Shown here: positions 10,122 to 20,015 of the stretch, one piece after another
Numbering within the stretch: the stretch's first letter is position 1
How the letters are laid out: each line of letters opens with the position of its first letter
Assembly (NCBI GenBank): GCA_964497495.1
Contig: CAZCCZ010000002.1
Span: 72,134 to 136,133 of the forward strand
DNA: 64,000 nucleotides
DNA from: an uncultured Oscillospiraceae bacterium
GTDB lineage: Bacteria; Bacillota; Clostridia; Christensenellales; Aristaeellaceae
Direction: 5' to 3'
Notes under the pieces: model-generated
Told to the model about the DNA's origin: nothing
Databases searched by the model: none
The model's input: only the letters and a program-made list of their open reading frames with translations
Position numbers and translations under genes: made by a program

Positions 10122-11111
10122 TTACGCCTTCCCGTTCAGAATCCGCTTGTTTTTCACGTCGTCCATGTATACGGCGATCAGGATGACGACGCCCTTGGCG
10201 ATGTACTGATAATAGCTGTCCATGCCCAGTTGGTTCAGCCCGTTGTTGATGATACCGATGATGAACGCGCCGATGACGGTTCCGGCAATCGCGCCCTGCC
10301 CGCCCGCCATGGACGTACCGCCCAGCACGACCGCCGCGATGGCGTCCATTTCGGAGCCGATGCCCACGGCGGGCTGCATCGAGGTATTGCGGCTGGTCAG
10401 CACGACGCCCGCCAGCGCGGCGCACGTGCCGCAAAGCGTGTAGATCATCAGGATGATCTTCTTGGTGTTGATGCCCGCGAACTTCGCCGCCTTCGGGTTG
10501 CCGCCGATGGCGTAGATGTGGCGGCCCGTGCGCGACCGGCTGAGGATCAGCCAGGAAAGGGCAATGATCCCGACCATGTAGAGCACCGGCAGGGGAACGA
10601 TGCCCAGCGAACTGCCGCCGAAATCCAGAAACGCCTGGCTGGTAAGCCGGATGGTGCCCGCGCTGGTGGTAACGAACACGATGCCGCGCAGGATACTCTG
10701 CGTCGCGTAGGTGACGATGAAGGGCGGAAGCTTGGTGTTGGCCAAAATCAGGCCGTTGGCTACGCCCGCCACCACGCCGGTCAGTATGCCGCCCAGCGCG
10801 CACAGCGCGAACGGAAGCCCCGCGAAGGACATGTACGCCGCCACCATGCCCGCCACTGCCATCACGGAGCCGGTGGAAAGGTCGATGCCGCCCGAGATCA
10901 ACACCAGCGTCATGGCGCAGGAAATGATCATGTTGATGGAGATCTGGCGGGATACGTTAATAAGGTTGCGAACGTTCAGGAACGTGGGCGCCGAGATGCC
11001 CAGCGTCACCACCAGAATCAGCAGGAAAGCGAGCTGCCCGCCGTACCCCACCACCCAGCGCCCCAGCCTTGCGGGCCCCCCCTGATTGGAAATACGATTC
11101 TTCGTTGTCAT
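10122..11111 (-). CDS. rbsC: ribose ABC transporter permease
   Basis: Start trimmed to ATG 11111 (MTTKNR), with SD GGAGAGGAAACC 14 nt after the rbsA stop. Multi-TM CUT2 permease. Confidence 0.88.
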   Translation of the reverse strand: MTTKNRISNQGGPARLGRWVVGYGGQLAFLLILVVTLGISAPTFLNVRNLINVSRQISINMIISCAMTLVLISGGIDLSTGSVMAVAGMVAAYMSFAGLPFALCALGGILTGVVAGVANGLILANTKLPPFIVTYATQSILRGIVFVTTSAGTIRLTSQAFLDFGGSSLGIVPLPVLYMVGIIALSWLILSRSRTGRHIYAIGGNPKAAKFAGINTKKIILMIYTLCGTCAALAGVVLTSRNTSMQPAVGIGSEMDAIAAVVLGGTSMAGGQGAIAGTVIGAFIIGIINNGLNQLGMDSYYQYIAKGVVILIAVYMDDVKNKRILNGKA

Positions 11112-11125
11112 GGTTTCCTCTCCCG

Positions 11126-12613
11126 TCACAGATTGACCGCGTACTGCATAATGGCTTCCTGCGAAAGCTCCGCCTTTTCCAGCCTTCCGGAAATACGGCC
11201 TTCCCGCATGACGACGACGCGGTCGCTGATGTTGATGATTTCCGGAAGCTCCGAGGAGATCATGACGATGGCCATGCCCTGCGCCGCCAGTTCGTTCATC
11301 AGCTCGTAGATTTCCGCTTTGGCACCCACGTCGATGCCGCGGGTGGGCTCGTCCATAATCAGGATGTCCGGCCTGGCGGCGAGCCACCGGGAGATGACGA
11401 CTTTCTGCTGGTTGCCGCCGGACAGGTTCTGGATCTTGGTGCCGTACGACGCCGTTTTAATGGAAAGTTTGGCGACGTATTCGTCGGTGAGCGCCCGCTC
11501 CTGGGCGGCGTTGACGCTGAAACCGCGGATAAAGGAGCGCAGCACGCACAGCGTCAGGTTATACTGCACGGACTGAAAGCCGAACAGGCTTTCTTCCCGC
11601 CGGTTTTCCGGGATGAAGCCGATCTTTAGCGCGTAAGCCTGCGCGGGATTGCGGATTTCCGCCTGCTTTCCGTTGACGTAGATCTTGCCGGACGTGACGG
11701 GGTCGAAACCCAGAACGGCCTTCATCACCTCGGTGCGGCCCGCGCCCACCAGCCCGGCGAAGCCTACGATCTCGCCCTTGCGGACTTCGAAGCCGACGTC
11801 CTTCACGCTGGCGGACGAAAGGTTCTCCACCTTCAGCGCCACGTCGCCCGGCGCGTTGTAGGTGCGGGTGTAATAGTGCGTCATTTCGCGCCCGACCATC
11901 AGGCTTACGATCTCGTCGTTGGTAATGTTGCGAATGTCGGCCGTCCCGACGGACTGCCCGTCCCGGAGCACGGTTACGCGGTCCGCGATTTCCTGCAGTT
12001 CGGACAGGCGGTGCGAAATGTAGATCACGCCGATGCCCTGTGCCTTCAGCTTCCGGATATTGGCAAACAGCAGCTCGATCTCGTTGTCCGACAGGGAGGA
12101 GGTCGGTTCGTCCATGACGATGATGCGGGCGTTGAAGGATATGGCCTTAACGATCTCCACCACCTGCTGTTGGGCGATCGTCAGCCGGTGTACCTTCGAA
12201 AGCGCGCTGATGGGCAGACCAAGCCGGTCGATCAGCTCCTGGGCGCTGTCGTAAATCGCCGCGTAGTCCACGAAGGCGCCCTTATGCGGCTCGCGGTTTA
12301 AAAAGATGTTCTCCGCCACGGTCAGGTAGGGCACCAGAACGAGCTCCTGATGGATGATGCTGATGCCGTTGCGCCTTGCGGCGGGGACGCTGCCCACGTC
12401 CACGGGTTGCCCGTTGATGAGCACCTCGCCCTGATCCCTGGGGTGCACGCCGCCCAGCACGTTGATCAGCGTGGATTTTCCGGCGCCGTTTTCCCCCACG
12501 AGGGCCAGCACCTCGCCCGCCCGGAGCTGTAAATCGACCCCGCGCAGCGCGTAAACGCCGGGAAAGTGTTTATGGATGTTTTTCATTTCCAGCAGGTAGT
12601 TTTCCAAGGGCAA
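11126..12613 (-). CDS. rbsA: ribose/monosaccharide ABC transporter ATP-binding protein (two cassettes)
   Basis: Walker A GENGAGKST, LTIAQQQVVEI, and second-cassette signature LSGGNQQKVVISRWL. Confidence 0.92.
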   Translation of the reverse strand: MPLENYLLEMKNIHKHFPGVYALRGVDLQLRAGEVLALVGENGAGKSTLINVLGGVHPRDQGEVLINGQPVDVGSVPAARRNGISIIHQELVLVPYLTVAENIFLNREPHKGAFVDYAAIYDSAQELIDRLGLPISALSKVHRLTIAQQQVVEIVKAISFNARIIVMDEPTSSLSDNEIELLFANIRKLKAQGIGVIYISHRLSELQEIADRVTVLRDGQSVGTADIRNITNDEIVSLMVGREMTHYYTRTYNAPGDVALKVENLSSASVKDVGFEVRKGEIVGFAGLVGAGRTEVMKAVLGFDPVTSGKIYVNGKQAEIRNPAQAYALKIGFIPENRREESLFGFQSVQYNLTLCVLRSFIRGFSVNAAQERALTDEYVAKLSIKTASYGTKIQNLSGGNQQKVVISRWLAARPDILIMDEPTRGIDVGAKAEIYELMNELAAQGMAIVMISSELPEIINISDRVVVMREGRISGRLEKAELSQEAIMQYAVNL

Positions 12614-12665
12614 TCTCCTTACTGCGCGGCCGGATGCGTCGCAGGCAAACGGCAGGTTTTCTTTC

Positions 12666-12701
12666 GCGGCCCCGCGAAGTCGGTTTGCTCCGCGGGGCCG
12701 C
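12666..12701 (-). other. intercistronic 11-bp GC stem-loop between rbsB and rbsA
   Basis: GCGGCCCCGCG-14 nt-CGCGGGGCCGC. Confidence 0.5.
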
Positions 12702-12721
12702 GTGCTTCGGAATGTTTGAAA

Positions 12722-13672
12722 TCAGGACCAGTCGTCCAGGTTGTAGTCGCCGATGTTGTCGGTGTTGATCATCCACATGTTGACGGTGGTATCCTTCTGG
12801 TAGTCCTCGCCCTTCCAGATGGCGTAGGCGGCGCTGAAGGAGGCGTTGGCCATGTCGATGGGGGAGTACACCATAGTGCCGGTCATTTCGCCCGCCGCGA
12901 TGGACTGCTTGCCCGCGGGGGAACCGTCGAAGCCGAATACCATCAGGTCCGTGTAGCCCAGCTGTTTGCAGGCGCCCACGCAGGAGAGCGCGGTGTTGTC
13001 GTTCAGGCAGACGAACGCGCTGATGTCCGGGTTGCTGGTCAGCAGGTCCTCGGTGTAGGAAGCGATGGCGGAGAGGTCCGTGCAGTCCTTTTCCACGATG
13101 GTCACGTCCGTGCGGCCCTTGGCGGTCAGCGCGTCGGCGAGGCCCTTGAAGCGATCCGCGATGACGGAGAGCTGCTTGTAGTTGAGCGCGCCGACGGTGG
13201 CGTTCTTGGCGAGCTTATCCGCCAGGTATTCGCCGATGGCGTAGCCGCCGTTGTAGCAATCCGCGGTGACGAAGCAGCTGATCTTGTCCCAGTCCGCTTC
13301 CACGACTTTAGAATCCGCGTCCACGATAGCGACGCCCGCGTCGCTGGCGGTCTTAAGCGCGCTGCCCAAAGCGGTGTAATCCGCGGGGAGCACCACGAGC
13401 ACGTTAATGCCGCGCATTACGAGGTCCTCGATGTCCGATACCTGTTTGGTCGCGCTGGAATTCGCATCCGTCACGGCCACCTTGCAGCCCGCCGCTTCCG
13501 CCGCCGCCTTGAAAGTGTCGGCGAACGCCACGGCCCACGTTTCGGTCTGGTTGTGCATCGCGAGGCCGACGAAGCATTCGCCGTCCGCCTTTTCCGCCAC
13601 CGCCGCGGTCAGCCCTCCGGTAACCGTCAGCATCATCGCCAGAGCCAGTAGAACTGCGAGCAGTTTCTTCAT
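12722..13672 (-). CDS. rbsB: ribose-type periplasmic-binding protein
   Basis: Signal peptide MKKLLAVLLALAMMLTV. Peripla_BP_4-like body in rbs context. Confidence 0.85.
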   Translation of the reverse strand: MKKLLAVLLALAMMLTVTGGLTAAVAEKADGECFVGLAMHNQTETWAVAFADTFKAAAEAAGCKVAVTDANSSATKQVSDIEDLVMRGINVLVVLPADYTALGSALKTASDAGVAIVDADSKVVEADWDKISCFVTADCYNGGYAIGEYLADKLAKNATVGALNYKQLSVIADRFKGLADALTAKGRTDVTIVEKDCTDLSAIASYTEDLLTSNPDISAFVCLNDNTALSCVGACKQLGYTDLMVFGFDGSPAGKQSIAAGEMTGTMVYSPIDMANASFSAAYAIWKGEDYQKDTTVNMWMINTDNIGDYNLDDWS

Positions 13673-13730
13673 TCCCTGTTCCTCCTCATGGAATTTTATT
13701 ATTTTTAGCGATGAGCTCTATCGCTAAAAA

Positions 13731-14693
13731 TCATTTCACGAAGGCGCATATCTCGTTGAGCGCCGAAAAAGTCTCGTCGTACGTGCGCAGGACGAAGGCG
13801 TGGGGCATTCCCTTGTAGACCTTCCAACGCACCTTTACGCCCGCGTCCCGCAGGAGCTTTGCGTAAATCAGCCCGTCGTCCGCCAGCGCGTCGCACTCCG
13901 CCTCGATGAACAACGCGTCCGGCAGGCCCGAAAGGTCTTCGGCGAGCATGGGGGATACCAGCGGGCTCCACACCTCTTTGGCCGGGTCGGCCAGGTATTC
14001 GGCCATCAGCGGCGCCAGCGGGGACGCGGATTTGTCGCCGACGCCCACCATCGCGTACACCTCCGCGGACCGTTTGTACACGGTTCCGGTGACTTCAGTC
14101 ACGGGGTAGATCAGCACCTGTCTGGCGACGGTAAATTCTTTGCGTTCCCGCGCCATCAGGGTCAGCGCGGCCACGAAGTTGCCGCCGCTGCTGTCCCCGC
14201 AGAGCATGATCTTCGCCGCGTCCGCGCCAAGCGCCCCGGCGTTGGCGGCCACCCACCGTACCGCCTGGTAGCAGTCCTCCAGCCCCGTGGGGAATTTGTG
14301 CTCCGGCGCCAGCCGGTATTCCACGCTCACGGCCATGACTCCGGCGTTGGCGGCGATGTAGGACGGCACGAAATCGTGCGTTTCCACGCTGCAGGTTTTA
14401 AACCCCCCGCCGTGCAGGAACACAAGCACCGGCAGCGCGCCGCCGTTATCCTTCGGGCGGTACAGCTTCACGGGCACCTCGTACCCGTCCGGCGCGGTAA
14501 AGCTTGCGTACCGCTTGGTCAGCCGGTCGTCCACGGAGAAGGGCCGGGTCAGCTCGCGGTAGAACCGGGCTTCCGCCGTTACGATCTCCTTGCGGCGCGC
14601 CGGGTCGAAACCGGTAAAGAAATCCGGGGACAGGTCCACCTTGGGGTCCAGCGGTCCGTAGTCGCACGGCTGGATCGGCACGTAACGGTTCAT
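13731..14693 (-). CDS. alpha/beta hydrolase (esterase/lipase, hormone-sensitive-lipase type)
   Basis: HGGGF oxyanion motif and GDSSGG nucleophile elbow. Start taken at ATG 14693 (MNRYVPIQ). Confidence 0.85.
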   Translation of the reverse strand: MNRYVPIQPCDYGPLDPKVDLSPDFFTGFDPARRKEIVTAEARFYRELTRPFSVDDRLTKRYASFTAPDGYEVPVKLYRPKDNGGALPVLVFLHGGGFKTCSVETHDFVPSYIAANAGVMAVSVEYRLAPEHKFPTGLEDCYQAVRWVAANAGALGADAAKIMLCGDSSGGNFVAALTLMARERKEFTVARQVLIYPVTEVTGTVYKRSAEVYAMVGVGDKSASPLAPLMAEYLADPAKEVWSPLVSPMLAEDLSGLPDALFIEAECDALADDGLIYAKLLRDAGVKVRWKVYKGMPHAFVLRTYDETFSALNEICAFVK

Positions 14694-14762
14694 GCACAGT
14701 CTTCCTTTCTTTACGCCGCACGAAAGGCGCGGAAAAAACACGCCGCGGGGAACGGCGCCCGG

Positions 14763-15749
14763 TTATACGGTTTCCCGGAGAATCAACCGGTAGTCGAGCT
14801 TCTGTTCGAACATCGGCTTTTTGTACAGGATGTTGTTAATCAGCATTCGGGCCGCGGCACGGCCCATCTCGTAGGCGGGTTGCTCCACCGTGGTCAGCGG
14901 CGGATGCAGGAACCGGGAAAAGTAAATATCGTCCAGCCCCGCGATGCGGATATCCGCCGGGATGCAGAGCCCCCGCTCCCCCGCCGCCTGCATGGCGCCG
15001 ACGGCGATCAGGTCGTTTCCGCATACGATGCCGTCGACTTTCCGTGCGGCCAGAATCGCGCGCGCGCCCTTCAGGCCCGTTTCCACGCTGTAATCGTCGC
15101 GGTAGACCAGCGCGGGGTCCAGCGGAACGCCCGCCTCCTCCAGCGCCTGGCAGTATCCGCCGTACCGGTCGTTGGCCGATGTGTGCAGGGCGGAGAGGAA
15201 GGCGATGCTCCGGCAGCCCTTCTCCAGCAGCAGTTTCGTGGTGTCGTAGATGGCGGCACGCGTGTCGATGTAAATCTTGCCGATGCCGCTGCCGGCTGTA
15301 TCCATCTCGCGGTCTACGATGACGGTGGGGATGTTCTTGGCGATGTAACTGTCGAAGAAGCTTTCCCGTAGCGAACGGGTGAAAATCAGCCCGTCCACCA
15401 TCTTGGCCTGCATGAAGGCCACGCTTTCCTGCTCGCGCCGCGCGTCGTTATCGGTGTTGCAGAATACGACGGCGAAGTTCATTTTACCGGCCACGTCCTG
15501 AATGCCGCGCGCGATATCCGGGAAGAACGGGTTGGTGATATCCGGCAGAATGAAGCCGATGGTGTTGGTCTTTTTCACCTTCAGGCCTTTGGCGACCATG
15601 TTGGGCTGGTAGTCGTTCTCCTCGATCAGGGCAAGCACGCGGTTGCGGGTCGCCTCGCTGATATGCTCGTCCCGGCCGTTGATGACCTTGGAAACGGTGG
15701 CCGTGGAGACGCCCGCGAGTTCCGCGATCTGCTTCATCGTGATGGACAT
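14763..15749 (-). CDS. LacI family transcriptional regulator (RbsR-like)
   Basis: N-terminal HTH MKQIAELAGVSTATVSKVINGR plus a periplasmic-binding-like core. First gene of the rbs operon. Confidence 0.9.
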   Translation of the reverse strand: MSITMKQIAELAGVSTATVSKVINGRDEHISEATRNRVLALIEENDYQPNMVAKGLKVKKTNTIGFILPDITNPFFPDIARGIQDVAGKMNFAVVFCNTDNDARREQESVAFMQAKMVDGLIFTRSLRESFFDSYIAKNIPTVIVDREMDTAGSGIGKIYIDTRAAIYDTTKLLLEKGCRSIAFLSALHTSANDRYGGYCQALEEAGVPLDPALVYRDDYSVETGLKGARAILAARKVDGIVCGNDLIAVGAMQAAGERGLCIPADIRIAGLDDIYFSRFLHPPLTTVEQPAYEMGRAAARMLINNILYKKPMFEQKLDYRLILRETV

Positions 15750-15770
15750 GCCCCCGCCTCCTTACGCTCA

Positions 15771-15785
15771 GGTTAATCGTTTACC
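15771..15785. promoter_or_regulatory. LacI-type operator 1 (GGTTAATCGTTTACC)
   Basis: Pseudo-palindrome with central CG, 22 nt upstream of the regulator ATG. It is the near reverse complement of operator 2. Confidence 0.55.
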
Positions 15786-15834
15786 TTATAAAATGCGACC
15801 CGTATATAACGTTTCCACCGGGAAACGCAGTCAA

Positions 15835-15848
15835 GGTAAACGATTACC
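15835..15848. promoter_or_regulatory. LacI-type operator 2 (GGTAAACGATTACC)
   Basis: 14-bp pseudo-palindrome, cre/RbsR-like, 15 nt downstream of the -10 box. Confidence 0.55.
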
Positions 15849-15863
15849 TAACTTTCTAACCGT

Positions 15864-15892
15864 ATTGTACCACTCGGATTTTCGGTTGTCAA
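15864..15892 (-). promoter_or_regulatory. rbs operon promoter TTGACA-17-TACAAT
   Basis: Read on the minus strand: TTGACA accgaaaatccgagtgg TACAAT. Confidence 0.7.
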
Positions 15893-15969
15893 GAGGCGAC
15901 GGCCGTATTTTTCCGCACGGAAGGGAACAGCGCGGGTTTCCGGGGATATGCGCCGGGGCGGCTTCGTTG

Positions 15970-15997
15970 AAAAAGCCCGCGCTCATCTGGCGCGGGC
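15970..15997 (-). terminator. intrinsic terminator of the liv operon
   Basis: Minus strand: GCCCGCGC-cagatga-GCGCGGGC followed by TTTTT. Confidence 0.65.
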
Positions 15998-16135
15998 CGG
16001 GGCGACTCAGGATGCCGTCAGGCTGTTCTTTTTTCACGGGTCTGTTTGCTGAAAAGCCGCAAGCGCCTTGCCCGCCCGTCGTTGCCGGGCCGCGACACGG
16101 CGTTCGTTGCATCGCGCCTTCGCCCTTGCGCGAAC

Positions 16136-16845
<710 letters not shown>

Positions 16846-16849
<4 letters not shown>

Positions 16850-17652
16850 GCCTTCGCCTCCCCCGTTTCCGCCTCGTCGTCGTCGCTCTCGTCCTCCACG
16901 CCCAGGTACGCGCGGATCACGTCCTCGTTGTTGCGGATCTCGTCCGGCGTGCTGTCGGCGATCTTGGTGCCGTAGTTGAGCACCGTGATCCGGTCGGACA
17001 GGCCCATGACCAGCTTCATATCGTGCTCGATCAGCAGGATGGTGGTGTTCGTGTCGCTGCGCAGGCGGAGGATGAAGTTCTTCATTTCCTCGGTCTCCCT
17101 GGGGTTCAGGCCCGCCGCGGGTTCGTCCAGCATCAGCAGCTTGGGCTCGATGGCCAGCGCGCGGGCGATTTCCAGCCTGCGCTGCTGCCCGTAGGAAAGG
17201 TTGCGCGCCACTTCGCTTTCCTTGCCCGCCAGCCCCACGTAGGCAAGCAGGCGGAGCACCTTCTCGAAGGCTTCCTCCTCTTCCCGGCGCATGCGACCCG
17301 TGCGGAAAACGATGTCCCCGATGTTCGCCCGCATGTTCAGGTAGCAGCCCACCAGGATGTTTTCCGCCACCAGCATGTTCTGGAACAGGCGGATGTTCTG
17401 GAACGTGCGCGCGATTTTATAGGAAGCGACTTTTTCCGGCGTCAGTTTGGTGAGGCTGTGCCCGTCGAAGGTGATGGAGCCGCTGTCCACCGGGTAATAA
17501 CCGCTGATCATGTTGAAGAAGGTGGTTTTTCCCGCGCCGTTGGGGCCGATGACGCTCACGATCTGGTGCTCGTCCATGGAAAAGTCCACGTTGTTGATGG
17601 CGGTCAGGCCGCCGAAGGTTTTGGTAAGCCCCTTGACAAGCAGCAAAGGCAT
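16846..17652 (-). CDS. livG: branched-chain amino acid ABC transporter ATP-binding protein
   Basis: GPNGAGKTT and LSYGQQRRLEIARAL. Acidic C-terminal tail. Confidence 0.9.
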
Positions 17653-17653
17653 A

Positions 17654-18955
17654 TCACGCGCCCTCCTTCGCTTTGGTTTCGGGCGCGCCGTCCGCGGGCG
17701 CTTTCGGCTTGAAGCCCAGCTTCTGCCGAATCTTGAGCATCCGCTTCTCCGGCAGGATGCCGTTGGGGCGGAAGATGCACATCAGCACTAGAATCAGGCC
17801 GAAGATCAGGCGCTCGTACTTGGCGGGGTTGAGCCACGCGGGGAGGTTCAGGATGCCGGAGGTCGTAAGCGACGTAAGGTAGTTGGAGACGTCCTTCAGA
17901 ATTTGCAGTTGGAGCACGATCACCGCCAGCGCGCCGATGATGACGCCCTGCATATTGCCCGTGCCGCCCAGAATGACCATGCACAGGATGATGATCGACT
18001 CCATGAAGGTGAAGCTCGTAGGGTCCACGTAACTCTGCATGGCGGCGAACACCACGCCCATCATGCCGGCCAGCCCCGCCGCGATGGAGAAGGAGAGCAA
18101 CTTCATGCACACCACCGGCACGCCCATGGTGCGGGCCACCAACTCGTCCTCGCGGATGGCCACCCACGCGCGCCCGATGCGCGAATTTTGCAGGTTGCGT
18201 ACCACCAGCACCGTAAGCAGGAACAGCCCCAGCACGATCCAGTAGAAGTCCACCGGTTTGTTAAGCTTGAGAGAAAAGAGCATCGGGGCCTGTATGGGCG
18301 TGATGCCCATAGGGCCGTTGGTCAGGTTCACGGGCTTGGAAAGGTTGTTGAACAGCAGGCGGATGATCTCCGCGAAGCCCAGGGTGACAATGGCCAGATA
18401 GTCGCCTTTCAGCCTCAGCACCGGAAGCCCCAGCAGGAACCCCACGAAACCGGACACCACCAGCGCGATCAGCAGAAACAGCCAGAACCAGTTGCCGGAC
18501 AGCGGGAAGATTTTGTTGGCCATGAAGTAGTTGGCCTGGGAGGAGGCGAAAATCGCGTAGGTATAGGCGCCCACCGCGTAGAAGGCGGCGTACCCGAGGT
18601 TCAGAAGCCCCGTGAAGCCCACCACGATGTTGAGCCCCAGCGACAGGATGGCGTAGATGCCGATGATCGTCGCCACGCGCGCGAAAGTGCCGGATGTCTG
18701 CCCCACGACGGGGATTACCAGCAGCAGGTCGACGGCCGCGAAGGCGATTCTCGCCCACGCGGGAAGGCTTATTTTCTGAACCGCCAGCAGGGACAACAGG
18801 AACAGCACGAACGCTACGCTGTTGCCCGGTTCCAGCAGCAGCCAGACCGGCGCGGCGACGATGACCAGAAGCTGGAGGAGAAACACCGTTTTCTGCCTGC
18901 CGCTCATTTCCCGGAAGGGTACGGCCAACTTTGCTTTCCTCTTGGTCTTATCCAT
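17654..18955 (-). CDS. livM: branched-chain amino acid ABC transporter permease
   Basis: 433 aa, multi-TM. Position between livH and livG. Confidence 0.85.
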   Translation of the reverse strand: MDKTKRKAKLAVPFREMSGRQKTVFLLQLLVIVAAPVWLLLEPGNSVAFVLFLLSLLAVQKISLPAWARIAFAAVDLLLVIPVVGQTSGTFARVATIIGIYAILSLGLNIVVGFTGLLNLGYAAFYAVGAYTYAIFASSQANYFMANKIFPLSGNWFWLFLLIALVVSGFVGFLLGLPVLRLKGDYLAIVTLGFAEIIRLLFNNLSKPVNLTNGPMGITPIQAPMLFSLKLNKPVDFYWIVLGLFLLTVLVVRNLQNSRIGRAWVAIREDELVARTMGVPVVCMKLLSFSIAAGLAGMMGVVFAAMQSYVDPTSFTFMESIIILCMVILGGTGNMQGVIIGALAVIVLQLQILKDVSNYLTSLTTSGILNLPAWLNPAKYERLIFGLILVLMCIFRPNGILPEKRMLKIRQKLGFKPKAPADGAPETKAKEGA

Positions 18956-18956
18956 G

Positions 18957-19925
18957 CTACACCTTCTCTCCGGCCGGCTTGCCCAGCAGGCCGCTGGGTT
19001 TGAAGATCAGGATCAGGATCAGGATGGTAAAGGCGAGCACGTCCTTGTATTCGGAACCGAACATGCCGCCGGTGAGCGCCCCCAGGAACGAAGCGCCGAA
19101 TACCTCGATGAGACCCAGCAGGATGCCGCCCAGCATCGCACCCGGGATTTTGCCGATGCCGCCGAACACGGCGGCCGTAAAGGCTTTCATGCCAAGGATA
19201 AAGCCGGAATAGGGGGAGATGGAGCCGTACTGAACGGAAAACAGCGTGCCCGCCGCGCCGCCCATGCCCGCGCCGATCAAAAAGGTCAGCGAGATTACCA
19301 GATCCACGTTGATGCCCATAAGCCGGGCGGTGTCCCGGTCCTGCGCCACGGCGCGCATGGCTTTTCCCCACTTGTTTTTGTTGACGAACAGGGTCAGCGC
19401 CGCCATCATCAAAAGGCACAGCCCCACGATATACAGCGTTTTTTCCGGCACCACCATGTTCTCCGCGATCTGGATCCGGTTGGAAAATAGCGTGGGCGCG
19501 TACAGATAATAGTTGCCGTTCTTTGCCTCCTCCACCATGCGCACCACGTCCTGCAGGATGAAGGACACGCCGATGGCGGAAATGAAAGGCACCAGCTTGG
19601 GCGCACTGCGCACGGGCCGGTAGGCGATGCGGTCCACCGCTACGCCCAGGCCGCCGCTCATGATCATGGCGACCAGCAGCGCGATGATCAACGCCAGCGT
19701 GGGGGACATGTTGGCCAGAATCCCCAGCGATTTGAGCAGCAGCAGCACTTCGGTGCCCACGAACGCGCCGAACATGAACAGCTCGCTGTGGGCGAAATTG
19801 ATGAATTCCAGAATGCCGTACACCATCGTATAGCCGATGGCGACGATCGCGTACACGAAACCCAAAGTTAACCCGTCGGACAGCAGCTGGGGGATTATTT
19901 TCACCAGCGATTGCAGTTGGTTCAT
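18957..19925 (-). CDS. livH: branched-chain amino acid ABC transporter permease
   Basis: 322 aa, multi-TM, LivH-like. Confidence 0.85.
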   Translation of the reverse strand: MNQLQSLVKIIPQLLSDGLTLGFVYAIVAIGYTMVYGILEFINFAHSELFMFGAFVGTEVLLLLKSLGILANMSPTLALIIALLVAMIMSGGLGVAVDRIAYRPVRSAPKLVPFISAIGVSFILQDVVRMVEEAKNGNYYLYAPTLFSNRIQIAENMVVPEKTLYIVGLCLLMMAALTLFVNKNKWGKAMRAVAQDRDTARLMGINVDLVISLTFLIGAGMGGAAGTLFSVQYGSISPYSGFILGMKAFTAAVFGGIGKIPGAMLGGILLGLIEVFGASFLGALTGGMFGSEYKDVLAFTILILILIFKPSGLLGKPAGEKV

Positions 19926-19946
19926 CCGGCGCCGACCTCCCTGCCG

Positions 19947-19984
19947 CCGCCGCGGGAAAAGGGCGTTCCCTTCTCCCGCGGCGG
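19947..19984 (-). other. intercistronic GC stem-loop between the SBP gene and livH
   Basis: CCGCCGCGGGA...TCCCGCGGCGG outer stem plus AAGGG/CCCTT inner stem, with one mismatch. Confidence 0.5.
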
Positions 19985-20015
19985 TCGATGCGCTTGTTTT
20001 GCGTCTGCGAGGGGT

